64,000 nt of DNA from Auanema rhodensis (lineage: Eukaryota > Animalia > Nematoda): contig OZ059900.1 in assembly GCA_964057225.1 (NCBI GenBank), forward strand, positions 2,604,001 to 2,668,000, in the 5' to 3' direction. A program made the translations under genes and the position numbers. The stretch's first letter is position 1. Each line of letters begins with the position of its first letter. Below are positions 26,701 to 41,600 of the stretch, piece after piece. The notes beneath the pieces were generated by a model, which was given only the letters and a program-made list of their open reading frames with translations, searched no databases and had not been told where the DNA came from.

Positions 26701-29700
26701 CAGTCTATTTTTATGAGCTTGCACTGATATATATTCATTTTGATCAAAAAAGGTCGAAAATAGAAAGAATTTTTGAAATTTCCGAGTTTTGAGTCTAATT
26801 TGGCTAAATCGCTCATATATATGATCAGAAGCATAGTTTTATTGTCTATGACAACAAAAATCATCAATTAAACGCTAGTGATGTTTAAATACTGATTTTC
26901 GCTCAAATAGCATTACTACACTAAGTATGGTCGTTTTTATGCCTTTAACACCATATACTCACCGATTTTTGGTACAAAATCTGTAATACTCGTAAAATTT
27001 GATCATATTTGTTAAGATTTGAGAATCAAACACACAATACACAAAATCAGTCTATTTTTATGAGTTTACACTGATATATATTCATTTTCATCAAAAAAGG
27101 TCGAAAATAGAAAGAATTTTTGAATTTTCCGAGTTTTGAGTCTAATTTGGCTAAATCGCTCATATATATGATCAAAAGCATAGTTTTACTGTCTATGATA
27201 ACAAAAGTCTTCAAATATACACTAATAATGATTAAATCACTGAATTTCACTCAAATAGCATTACTACACTAAGTATGGTCGTTTTTATGCCTTTAACACC
27301 ATATACTCACCGATTTTTGGTACAAAATCTGTAATACTTGTAAATTTTGATCATATTTGTTAAGATTCGAGAATCAAACACATAATACACAAAATAAGTC
27401 TATTTTTACAAGTTTGCACTGATATTTATTCATTTTGATCAAAAAAGGTCGAAAATAGAAAGAATTTTTGAAATTTCCGAGTTTTGAGTCCAATTTGGCT
27501 AAATCGCTCATATATATGATCAAAAGCATAGTTTTATTGTCTATAACAACAAAAGTCATCAATTAAACGCTAGTGATGTTTAAATACTGAATTTCGCTCA
27601 AATAGCATTACTACACTAAGTATGGTCGTTTTTATGCCTTTAACACCATATACTCACCGATTTTTGGTACAAAATCTATAATACTCGTAAATTTTGATCA
27701 TATTCGTTAAGATTTGAGAATCAAACATACAATACACAAAATCAGTCTATTTTTATGAGCTTGCACTGATATATATTCATTTTGATCAAAAAAGGTCGAA
27801 AATAGAAAGAATTTTTGAAATTTCCGAGTTTTGAGTCTAATTTGGCTAAATCGCTCATATATATGATCAAAAGCATAGTTTTATTGTCTATGACAACAAA
27901 AGTCATCAATTAAACGCTAGTGATGTTTAAATACTGAATTTCGCTCAAATAGCATTACTACACTAAGTATGGTCGTTTTTATGCCTTTAACACTATATAC
28001 TCACCGATTTTTGGTACAAAATCTGTAATACTCGTAAATTTTGATCATATTCGTTAAGATTTGAGAATCAAACATACAATACACAAAATCAGTCTATTTT
28101 TATGAGCTTGCACTGATATATATTCATTTTGATCAAAAAAGGTCGAAAATAGAAAGAATTTTTGAAATTTCCGAGTTTTGAGTCTAATTTGGCTAAATCG
28201 CTCATATATATGATCAGAAGCATAGTTTTATTGTCTATGACAACAAAAGTCATCAATTAAACGCTAGTGATGTTTAAATACTGATTTTCGCTCAAATAGC
28301 ATTACTACACTAAGTATGGTCGTTTTTATGCCTTTAACACCATATACTCACCGATTTTTGGTACAAAATCTGTAATACTCGTAAATTTTGATCATATTCG
28401 TTAAGATTTGAAAATCAAACACATAATACACGAAATAAGTCTATTTTTATGAGTTTGCACTGATATTTATTCATTTTGATCAAAAAAGGTCGAAAATAGA
28501 AAGAATTTTTGAAATTTCCGAGTTTTGAGTCTAATTTGGCTAAATCGCTCATATATATGATCAGAAGCATAGTTTTATTGTCTATGACAACAAAAATCAT
28601 CAATTAAACGCTAGTGATGTTTAAATACTGATTTTCGCTCAAATAGCATTACTACACTAAGTATGGTCGTTTTTATGCCTTTAACACCATATACTCACCG
28701 ATTTTTGGTACAAAATCTGTAATACTCGTAAATTTTGATCATATTCGTTAAGATTTGAGAATCAAACATACAATACACAAAATCAGTCTATTTTTATGAG
28801 CTTGCACTGATATATATTCATTTTGATCAAAAAAGGTCGAAAATAGAAAGAATTTTTGAAATTTCCGAGTTTTGAGTCTAATTTGGCTAAATCGCTCATA
28901 TATATGATCAGAAGCATAGTTTTATTGTCTATGACAACAAAAATCATCAATTAAACGCTAGTGATGTTTAAATACTGATTTTCGCTCAAATAGCATTACT
29001 ACACTAAGTATGGTCGTTTTTATGCCTTTAACACCATATACTCACCGATTTTTGGTACAAAATCTGTAATACTCGTAAAATTTGATCATATTTGTTAAGA
29101 TTTGAGAATCAAACACACAATACACAAAATCAGTCTATTTTTATGAGTTTACACTGATATATATTCATTTTCATCAAAAAAGGTCGAAAATAGAAAGAAT
29201 TTTTGAATTTTCCGAGTTTTGAGTCTAATTTGGCTAAATCGCTCATATATATGATCAAAAGCATAGTTTTACTGTCTATGATAACAAAAGTCTTCAAATA
29301 TACACTAATAATGATTAAATCACTGAATTTCACTCAAATAGCATTACTACACTAAGTATGGTCGTTTTTATGCCTTTAACACCATATACTCACCGATTTT
29401 TGGTACAAAATCTGTAATACTTGTAAATTTTGATCATATTTGTTAAGATTCGAGAATCAAACACATAATACACAAAATAAGTCTATTTTTACAAGTTTGC
29501 ACTGATATTTATTCATTTTGATCAAAAAAGGTCGAAAATAGAAAGAATTTTTGAAATTTCCGAGTTTTGAGTCCAATTTGGCTAAATCGCTCATATATAT
29601 GATCAAAAGCATAGTTTTATTGTCTATAACAACAAAAGTCATCAATTAAACGCTAGTGATGTTTAAATACTGAATTTCGCTCAAATAGCATTACTACACT

Positions 29701-32700
29701 AAGTATGGTCGTTTTTATGCCTTTAACACCATATACTCACCGATTTTTGGTACAAAATCTATAATACTCGTAAATTTTGATCATATTCGTTAAGATTTGA
29801 GAATCAAACATACAATACACAAAATCAGTCTATTTTTATGAGCTTGCACTGATATATATTCATTTTGATCAAAAAAGGTCGAAAATAGAAAGAATTTTTG
29901 AAATTTCCGAGTTTTGAGTCTAATTTGGCTAAATCGCTCATATATATGATCAAAAGCATAGTTTTATTGTCTATGACAACAAAAGTCATCAATTAAACGC
30001 TAGTGATGTTTAAATACTGAATTTCGCTCAAATAGCATTACTACACTAAGTATGGTCGTTTTTATGCCTTTAACACTATATACTCACCGATTTTTGGTAC
30101 AAAATCTGTAATACTCGTAAATTTTGATCATATTCGTTAAGATTTGAGAATCAAACATACAATACACAAAATCAGTCTATTTTTATGAGCTTGCACTGAT
30201 ATATATTCATTTTGATCAAAAAAGGTCGAAAATAGAAAGAATTTTTGAAATTTCCGAGTTTTGAGTCTAATTTGGCTAAATCGCTCATATATATGATCAG
30301 AAGCATAGTTTTATTGTCTATGACAACAAAAGTCATCAATTAAACGCTAGTGATGTTTAAATACTGATTTTCGCTCAAATAGCATTACTACACTAAGTAT
30401 GGTCGTTTTTATGCCTTTAACACCATATACTCACCGATTTTTGGTACAAAATCTGTAATACTCGTAAATTTTGATCATATTCGTTAAGATTTGAAAATCA
30501 AACACATAATACACGAAATAAGTCTATTTTTATGAGTTTGCACTGATATTTATTCATTTTGATCAAAAAAGGTCGAAAATAGAAAGAATTTTTGAAATTT
30601 CCGAGTTTTGAGTCTAATTTGGCTAAATCGCTCATATATATGATCAGAAGCATAGTTTTATTGTCTATGACAACAAAAATCATCAATTAAACGCTAGTGA
30701 TGTTTAAATACTGATTTTCGCTCAAATAGCATTACTACACTAAGTATGGTCGTTTTTATGCCTTTAACACCATATACTCACCGATTTTTGGTACAAAATC
30801 TGTAATACTCGTAAATTTTGATCATATTCGTTAAGATTTGAGAATCAAACATACAATACACAAAATCAGTCTATTTTTATGAGCTTGCACTGATATATAT
30901 TCATTTTGATCAAAAAAGGTCGAAAATAGAAAGAATTTTTGAAATTTCCGAGTTTTGAGTCTAATTTGGCTAAATCGCTCATATATATGATCAGAAGCAT
31001 AGTTTTATTGTCTATGACAACAAAAATCATCAATTAAACGCTAGTGATGTTTAAATACTGATTTTCGCTCAAATAGCATTACTACACTAAGTATGGTCGT
31101 TTTTATGCCTTTAACACCATATACTCACCGATTTTTGGTACAAAATCTGTAATACTCGTAAAATTTGATCATATTTGTTAAGATTTGAGAATCAAACACA
31201 CAATACACGAAATCAGTCTATTTTTATGAGTTTACACTGATATATATTCATTTTCATCAAAAAAGGTCGAAAATAGAAAGAATTTTTGAATTTTCCGAGT
31301 TTTGAGTCGAATTGGGCTAAATCGCTCATATATATGATCAAAAGCATAGTTTTACTGTCTATGATAACAAAAGTCTTCAAATATACACTAATAATGATTA
31401 AATCACTGAATTTCACTCAAATAGCATTACTACACTAAGTATGGTCGTTTTTATGCCTTTAACACCATATACTCACCGATTTTTGGTACAAAATCTGTAA
31501 TACTTGTAAATTTTGATCATATTTGTTAAGATTCGAGAATCAAACACATAATACACAAAATAAGTCTATTTTTTTTGAGAATCAAACATACAATACACAA
31601 AATCAGTCTATTTTTATGAGCTTGCACTGATATATATTCATTTTGATCAAAAAAGGTCGAAAATAGAAAGAATTTTTGAAATTTCCGAGTTTTGAGTCTA
31701 ATTTGGCTAAATCGCTCATATATATGATCAGAAGCATAGTTTTATTGTCTATGACAACAAAAATCATCAATTAAACGCTAGTGATGTTTAAATACTGATT
31801 TTCGCTCAAATAGCATTACTACACTAAGTATGGTCGTTTTTATGCCTTTAACACCATATACTCACCGATTTTTGGTACAAAATCTGTAATACTCGTAAAA
31901 TTTGATCATATTTGTTAAGATTTGAGAATCAAACACACAATACACAAAATCAGTCTATTTTTATGAGTTTACACTGATATATATTCATTTTCATCAAAAA
32001 AGGTCGAAAATAGAAAGAATTTTTGAATTTTCCGAGTTTTGAGTCGAATTGGGCTAAATCGCTCATATATATGATCAAAAGCATAGTTTTACTGTCTATG
32101 ATAACAAAAGTCTTCAAATATACACTAATAATGATTAAATCACTGAATTTCACTCAAATAGCATTACTACACTAAGTATGGTCGTTTTTATGCCTTTAAC
32201 ACCATATACTCACCGATTTTTGGTACAAAATCTGTAATACTTGTAAATTTTGATCATATTTGTTAAGATTCGAGAATCAAACACATAATACACAAAATAA
32301 GTCTATTTTTACAAGTTTGCACTGATATTTATTCATTTTGATCAAAAAAGGTCGAAAATAGAAAGAATTTTTGAAATTTCCGAGTTTTGAGTCCAATTTG
32401 GCTAAATCGCTCATATATATGATCAAAAGCATAGTTTTATTGTCTATAACAACAAAAGTCATCAATTAAACGCTAGTGATGTTTAAATACTGAATTTCGC
32501 TCAAATAGCATTACTACACTAAGTATGGTCGTTTTTATGCCTTTAACACCATATACTCACCGATTTTTGGTACAAAATCTGTAATACTCGTAAATTTTGA
32601 TCATATTCGTTAAGATTTGAGAATCAAACATACAATACACAAAATCAGTCTATTTTTATGAGCTTGCACTGATATATATTCATTTTGATCAAAAAAGGTC

Positions 32701-34372
32701 GAAAATAGAAAGAATTTTTGAAATTTCCGAGTTTTGAGTCTAATTTGGCTAAATCGCTCATATATATGATCAAAAGCATAGTTTTATTGTCTATGACAAC
32801 AAAAGTCATCAATTAAACGCTAGTGATGTTTAAATACTGAATTTCGCTCAAATAGCATTACTACACTAAGTATGGTCGTTTTTATGCCTTTAACACTATA
32901 TACTCACCGATTTTTGGTACAAAATCTGTAATACTCGTAAATTTTGATCATATTCGTTAAGATTTGAGAATCAAACATACAATACACAAAATCAGTCTAT
33001 TTTTATGAGCTTGCACTGATATATATTCATTTTGATCAAAAAAGGTCGAAAATAGAAAGAATTTTTGAAATTTCCGAGTTTTGAGTCTAATTTGGCTAAA
33101 TCGCTCATATATATGATCAGAAGCATAGTTTTATTGTCTATGACAACAAAAATCATCAATTAAACGCTAGTGATGTTTAAATACTGATTTTCGCTCAAAT
33201 AGCATTACTACACTAAGTATGGTCGTTTTTATGCCTTTAACACCATATACTCACCGATTTTTGGTACAAAATCTGTAATACTCGTAAATTTTGATCATAT
33301 TCGTTAAGATTTGAGAATCAAACATACAATACACAAAATCAGTCTATTTTTATGAGCTTGCACTGATATATATTCATTTTGATCAAAAAAGGTCGAAAAT
33401 AGAAAGAATTTTTGAAATTTCCGAGTTTTGAGTCTAATTTGGCTAAATCGCTCATATATATGATCAGAAGCATAGTTTTATTGTCTATGACAACAAAAAT
33501 CATCAATTAAACGCTAGTGATGTTTAAATACTGATTTTCGCTCAAATAGCATTACTACACTAAGTATGGTCGTTTTTATGCCTTTAACACCATATACTCA
33601 CCGATTTTTGGTACAAAATCTGTAATACTCGTAAAATTTGATCATATTTGTTAAGATTTGAGAATCAAACATACAATACACGAAATCAGTCTATTTTTAT
33701 GAGTTTACACTGATATATATTCATTTTCATCAAAAAAGGTCGAAAATAGAAAGAATTTTTGAATTTTCCGAGTTTTGAGTCGAATTGGGCTAAATCGCTC
33801 ATATATATGATCAAAAGCATAGTTTTACTGTCTATGATAACAAAAGTCTTCAAATATACACTAATAATGATTAAATCACTGAATTTCACTCAAATAGCAT
33901 TACTACACTAAGTATGGTCGTTTTTATGCCTTTAACACCATATACTCACCGATTTTTGGTACAAAATCTGTAATACTTGTAAATTTTGATCATATTTGTT
34001 AAGATTCGAGAATCAAACACATAATACACAAAATAAGTCTATTTTTTTTGAGAATCAAACATACAATACACAAAATCAGTCTATTTTTATGAGCTTGCAC
34101 TGATATATATTCATTTTGATCAAAAAAGGTCGAAAATAGAAAGAATTTTTGAAATTTCCGAGTTTTGAGTCTAATTTGGCTAAATCGCTCATATATATGA
34201 TCAGAAGCATAGTTTTATTGTCTATGACAACAAAAATCATCAATTAAACGCTAGTGATGTTTAAATACTGATTTTCGCTCAAATAGCATTACTACACTAA
34301 GTATGGTCGTTTTTATGCCTTTAACACCATATACTCACCGATTTTTGGTACAAAATCTGTAATACTCGTAAA
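20703..34372. repeat. ~4.9-kb block 20703-25565 duplicated at 29510-34372 (offset 8807 bp = 25 monomers + 3 scars)
   Basis: ORFs 21691, 22406, 23143, 23470 and 24879 all recur at +8807. One substitution was seen (23622 T vs 32429 G; MILI vs MLLI in the ORF track). Confidence 0.9.
26671..31208. repeat. 6-monomer tandem HOR (2083 bp), ~2.2 copies
   Basis: ORF offsets 27047->29130, 27374->29457 and 28415->30498 are all 2083 = 6x347+1. Identity ends at 29126 A vs 31209 G. Confidence 0.9.
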
Positions 34373-35600
34373 ATTTGATCATATTTGTTAAGATTTGAGA
34401 ATCAAACACACAATACACAAAATCAGTCTATTTTTATGAGTTTACACTGATATATATTCATTTTCATCAAAAAAGGTCGAAAATAGAAAGAATTTTTGAA
34501 TTTTCCGAGTTTTGAGTCGAATTGGGCTAAATCGCTCATATATATGATCAAAAGCATAGTTTTACTGTCTATGATAACAAAAGTCTTCAAATATACACTA
34601 ATAATGATTAAATCACTGAATTTCACTCAAATAGCATTACTACACTAAGTATGGTCGTTTTTATGCCTTTAACACCATATACTCACCGATTTTTGGTACA
34701 AAATCTGTAATACTTGTAAATTTTGATCATATTTGTTAAGATTCGAGAATCAAACACATAATACACAAAATAAGTCTATTTTTACAAGTTTGCACTGATA
34801 TTTATTCATTTTGATCAAAAAAGGTCGAAAATAGAAAGAATTTTTGAAATTTCCGAGTTTTGAGTCCAATTTGGCTAAATCGCTCATATATATGATCAAA
34901 AGCATAGTTTTATTGTCTATAACAACAAAAGTCATCAATTAAACGCTAGTGATGTTTAAATACTGAATTTCGCTCAAATAGCATTACTACACTAAGTATG
35001 GTCGTTTTTATGCCTTTAACACCATATACTCACCGATTTTTGGTACAAAATCTGTAATACTCGTAAATTTTGATCATATTCGTTAAGATTTGAGAATCAA
35101 ACATACAATACACAAAATCAGTCTATTTTTATGAGCTTGCACTGATATATATTCATTTTGATCAAAAAAGGTCGAAAATAGAAAGAATTTTTGAAATTTC
35201 CGAGTTTTGAGTCTAATTTGGCTAAATCGCTCATATATATGATCAAAAGCATAGTTTTATTGTCTATGACAACAAAAGTCATCAATTAAACGCTAGTGAT
35301 GTTTAAATACTGAATTTCGCTCAAATAGCATTACTACACTAAGTATGGTCGTTTTTATGCCTTTAACACTATATACTCACCGATTTTTGGTACAAAATCT
35401 GTAATACTCGTAAATTTTGATCATATTCGTTAAGATTTGAGAATCAAACATACAATACACAAAATCAGTCTATTTTTATGAGCTTGCACTGATATATATT
35501 CATTTTGATCAAAAAAGGTCGAAAATAGAAAGAATTTTTGAAATTTCCGAGTTTTGAGTCTAATTTGGCTAAATCGCTCATATATATGATCAGAAGCATA
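30600..35600. repeat. 7-monomer + scar tandem HOR (2473 bp), ~2 copies
   Basis: Offsets 31213->33686, 31950->34423, 32277->34750 and scars 31535->34008 are all 2473. The same scar spacing occurs at 6541->9014 and 22728->25201. Boundaries are approximate. Confidence 0.85.
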
Positions 35601-38600
35601 GTTTCATTGTCTATGACAACAAAAATCATCAATTAAACGCTAGTGATGTTTAAATACTGATTTTCGCTCAAATAGCATTACTACACTAAGTATGGTCGTT
35701 TTTATGCCTTTAACACCATATACTCACCGATTTTTGGTACAAAATCTGTAATACTCGTAAAATTTGATCATATTTGTTAAGATTTGAGAATCAAACATAC
35801 AATACACAAAATCAGTCTATTTTTATGAGTTTACACTGATATATATTCATTTTCATCAAAAAAGGTCGAAAATAGAAAGAATTTTTGAATTTTCCGAGTT
35901 TTGAGTCGAATTGGGCTAAATCGCTCATATATATGATCAAAAGCATAGTTTTACTGTCTATGATAACAAAAGTCTTCAAATATACACTAATAATGATTAA
36001 ATCACTGAATTTCACTCAAATAGCATTACTACACTAAGTATGGTCGTTTTTATGCCTTTAACACCATATACTCACCGATTTTTGGTACAAAATCTGTAAT
36101 ACTTGTAAATTTTGATCATATTTGTAAAGATTCGAGAATCAAACACATAATACACAAAATAAGTCTATTTTTACAAGTTTGCACTGATATTTATTCATTT
36201 TGATCAAAAAAGGTCGAAAATAGAAAGAATTTTTGAAATTTCCGAGTTTTGAGTCCAATTTGGCTAAATCGCTCATATATATGATCAAAAGCATAGTTTT
36301 ATTGTCTATAACAACAAAAGTCATCAATTAAACGCTAGTGATGTTTAAATACTGAATTTCGCTCAAATAGCATTACTACACTAAGTATGGTCGTTTTTAT
36401 GCCTTTAACACCATATACTCACCGATTTTTGGTACAAAATCTGTAATACTCGTAAATTTTGATCATATTCGTTAAGATTTCAGAATCAAACATACAATAC
36501 ACAAAATCAGTCTATTTTTATGAGCTTGCACTGATATATATTCATTTTGATCAAAAAAGGTCGAAAATAGAAAGAATTTTTGAAATTTCCGAGTTTTGAG
36601 TCTAATTTGGCTAAATCGCTCATATATATGATCAAAAGCATAGTTTTATTGTCTATGACAACAAAAGTCATCAATTAAACGCTAGTGATGTTTAAATACT
36701 GAATTTCGCTCAAATAGCATTACTACACTAAGTATGGTCGTTTTTATGCCTTTAACACCATATACTCACCGATTTTTGGTACAAAATCTGTAATACTCGT
36801 AAATTTTGATCATATTCGGTGAGATTTGAGAATCAAACACACAATACACGAAATAAGTTTATTTTGACGAGTTTGCACTGGTATTTATTCATTTTGATCA
36901 AAAAAGGTCGAAAATAGAAAGAATTTTTGAATTTTCCGAGTTTTGAGTCCAATTGGGCTAAATCGCTCATATATATGATCAAAAGCATAGTTTTACTGTC
37001 TATGATAACAAAAGTCTTCAAATATACACTAATAATGATTGAATCACTGAATTTCACTCAAATAGCATTACTACACTAAGTATGGTCGTTTTTATGCCTT
37101 TAACACCATATACTCACCGATTTTTGGTACAAAATCTGTAATACTCGTAAATTTTGATCATATTCGTTAAGATTTGAGAATCAAACATACAATACACAAA
37201 ATCAGTCTATTTTTATGAGCTTGCACTGATATATATTCATTTTGATCAAAAAAGGTCGAAAATAGAAAGAATTTTTGAAATTTCCGAGTTTTGAGTCTAA
37301 TTTGGCTAAATCGCTCATATATATGATCAAAAGCATAGTTTTACTGTCTATGATAACAAAAGTCTTCAAATATACACTAATAATGTGTAAATCACTGAAT
37401 TTCACTCAAATAGCTTTACTACACTAAGTATGGTCGTTTTTATGCCTTTAACACCATATACTCACCGATTTTTGGTACAAAATCTGTTATACTCGTAAAT
37501 TTTGATCATATTCGTTAAGATTCGAGAATCAAACACACAATACACGAAATAAGTTTATTTTTACGAGTTTGCACTGATATTTATTCATTTTGATCAAAAA
37601 AGGTCGAAAATAGAAAGAATTTTTGAATTTTCCGAGTTTTGAGTCCAATTGGGCTAAATCGCTCATATATATGATCAAAAGCATAGTTTCACTGTCTATG
37701 ATAACAAAAGTCTTCAAATATACACTAGTAATGATTAAATCACTGAATTTCACTCAAATAGCTTTACTACACTAAGTATGGTCGTTTTTATGCCTTTAAC
37801 ACCATATACTCACCGATTTTTGGTACAAAATCTGTAATACTCGTAAATTTTGATCATATCCGTTAAGATTCGAGAATCAAACACACAATACACGAAATAA
37901 GTTTATTTTTACGAGTTTGCACTGATATTTATTCATTTTGATCAAAAAAGGTCGAAAATAGAAAGAATTTTTGAAATTTCCGAGTTTTGAGTCTAATTTG
38001 GCTAAATCGCTCATATATATGATCAGAAGCATAGGTGTATTGTCTATGACAACAAAAGTCATTAATTAAACACTAATGATGTTTAAATCACTAAATTTCG
38101 CTCTAATAGCATTACTACACTAAGTATGGTCGTTTTTATACCTTCAACACCATATACTCACCGATTTTTGGTACAAAATCTGTGATACTCGTAAATTTTG
38201 ATCATATTCGTTAAGATTTGAGAATCAAACACACAATACACAATATCAGTCTATTTTTATGAGCTTGCACTGATATATATTCATTTTGATCAAAAAAGGT
38301 CGAAAACAGAAAGAATTTTTGAAATTTCCGAGTTTTGAGTCTAATTTGGCTAAATCGCTCATTTATATGATCAAAAGAATAGTTTTATTGTCTATGACAA
38401 CAAAAGTCATCAATTAAACGCTAGTGATGTTTAAATACTGAATTTCGCTCAAATAGCATTACTACACTAAGTATGGTCGTTTTTATGCCTTTAACACCAT
38501 ATACTCACCGATTTTTGGTACAAAATCTGTGATACTCGTAAATTTTGATCATATTCGTTACGATTTGAGAATCAAACACACAATACACAATATCAGTCTA

Positions 38601-41600
38601 TTTTTATGAGTTTACACTGATATATATTCATTTTCATCAAAAAAGGTCGAAAATAGAAAGAATTTTTGAATTTTCCGAGTTTTGAGTCGAATTGGGCTAA
38701 ATCGCTCATTTATATGATCAAAAGAATAGTTTCATTGTCTATGACAACAAAAGTCATCAATTAAACGCTAGTGATGTTTAAATACTGAATTTCGCTCAAA
38801 TAGCATTACTACACTAAGTATGGTCGTTTTTATGCCTTTAACACCATATACTCACCGATTTTTGGTACAAAATCTGTAATACTTGTAAATTTTGATCATA
38901 TTTGTTAAGATTCGAGAATCAAACACATAATACACGAAATAAGTCTATTTTTACAAGTTTGCACTGATATTTATTCATTTTGATCAAAAAAGGTCGAAAA
39001 TAGAAAGAATTTTTGAAATTTCCGAGTTTTGAGTCCAATTTGGCTAAATCGCTCATATATAAGATCAAAAGCATAGTTTTATTGTCTATAACAACAAAAG
39101 TCATCAATTAAATGCTAGTGATGTTTAAATACTGAATTTCGCTCAAATAGCATTACTACACTAAGTATGGTCGTTTTTATGCCTTTAACACCATATACTC
39201 ACCGATTTTTGGTACAAAATCTGTAATACTCGTAAATTTTGATCATATTCGTTAAGATTTGAGAATCAATCATACAATACACAAAATCAGTCTATTTTTA
39301 TGAGCTTGCACTGATATATATTCATTTTGATCAAAAAAGGTCGAAAATAGAAAGAATTTTTGAAATTTCCGAGTTTTGAGTCTAATTTGGCTAAATCGCT
39401 CATATATATGATCAGAAGCATAGGTGTATTGTCTATGACAACAAAAGTCATTAATTAAACACTAATGATGTTTAAATCACTAAATTTCGCTCTAATAGCA
39501 TTACTACACTAAGTATGGTCGTTTTTATGCCTTTAACACCATATACTCACCGATTTTTGGTACAAAATCTGTAATACTCGTAAATTTTGATCATATTCGT
39601 TAAGATTTGAGAATCAAACACACAATACACAAAGTCAGTCTATTTTTATGAGCTTGCACTGATATATATTCATTTTGATCAAAAAAGGTCGAAAATAGAA
39701 AGAATTTTTGAAATTTCCGAGTTTTGAGTCTAATTTGGCTAAATCGCTCATATATATGATCAAAAGCATAGTTTTACTGTCTATGATAACAAAAGTCTTC
39801 AAATATACACTAATAATGATTGAATCACTGAATTTCACTCAAATAGCATTACTACACTAAGTATGGTCGTTTTTATGCCTTTAACACCATATACTCACCG
39901 ATTTTTGGTACAAAATCTGTAATACTTGTAAATTTTGATCATATTTGTTAAGATTCGAGAATCAAACACATAATACACAAAATAAGTCTATTTTTACAAG
40001 TTTGCACTGATATTTATTCATTTTGATCAAAAAAGGTCGAAAATAGAAAGAATTTTTGAAATTTCCGAGTTTTGAGTCCAATTTGGCTAAATCGCTCATA
40101 TATATGATCAAAAGCATAGTTTTATTGTCTATAACAACAAAAGTCATCAATTAAACGCTAGTGATGTTTAAATACTGAATTTCGCTCAAATAGCATTACT
40201 ACACTAAGTATGGTCGTTTTTATGCCTTTAACACCATATACTCACCGATTTTTGGTACAAAATCTGTAATACTCGTAAATTTTGATCATATTCGTTAAGA
40301 TTTGAGAATCAAACATACAATACACAAAATCAGTCTATTTTTATGAGCTTGCACTGATATATATTCATTTTGATCAAAAAAGGTCGAAAATAGAAAGAAT
40401 TTTTGAAATTTCCGAGTTTTGAGTCTAATTTGGCTAAATCGCTCATATATATGATCAGAAGCATAGGTGTATTGTCTATGACAACAAAAGTCATTAATTA
40501 AACACTAATGATGTTTAAATCACTAAATTTCGCTCTAATAGCATTACTACACTAAGTATGGTCGTTTTTATGCCTTTAACACCATATACTCACCGATTTT
40601 TGGTACAAAATCTGTAATACTCGTAAATTTTGATCATATTCGTTAAGATTTGAGAATCAAACACACAATACACAAAGTCAGTCTATTTTTATGAGCTTGC
40701 ACTGATATATATTCATTTTGATCAAAAAAGGTCGAAAATAGAAAGAATTTTTGAAATTTCCGAGTTTTGAGTCTAATTTGGCTAAATCGCTCATATATAT
40801 GATCAAAAGCATAGTTTTACTGTCTATGATAACAAAAGTCTTCAAATATACACTAATAATGATTGAATCACTGAATTTCACTCAAATAGCATTACTACAC
40901 TAAGTATGGTCGTTTTTATGCCTTTAACACCATATACTCACCGATTTTTGGTACAAAATCTGTAATACTTGTAAATTTTGATCATATTTGTTAAGATTCG
41001 AGAATCAAACACATAATACACAAAATAAGTCTATTTTTACAAGTTTGCACTGATATTTATTCATTTTGATCAAAAAAGGTCGAAAATAGAAAGAATTTTT
41101 GAAATTTCCGAGTTTTGAGTCCAATTTGGCTAAATCGCTCATATATATGATCAAAAGCATAGTTTTATTGTCTATAACAACAAAAGTCATCAATTAAACG
41201 CTAGTGATGTTTAAATACTGAATTTCGCTCAAATAGCATTACTACACTAAGTATGGTCGTTTTTATGCCTTTAACACCATATACTCACCGATTTTTGGTA
41301 CAAAATCTGTAATACTCGTAAATTTTGATCATATTCGTTAAGATTTGAGAATCAAACATACAATACACAAAATCAGTCTATTTTTATGAGCTTGCACTGA
41401 TATATATTCATTTTGATCAAAAAAGGTCGAAAATAGAAAGAATTTTTGAAATTTCCGAGTTTTGAGTCTAATTTGGCTAAATCGCTCATATATATGATCA
41501 AAAGCATAGTTTTATTGTCTATGACAACAAAAGTCATCAATTAAACGCTAGTGATGTTTAAATACTGAATTTCGCTCAAATAGCATTACTACACTAAGTA

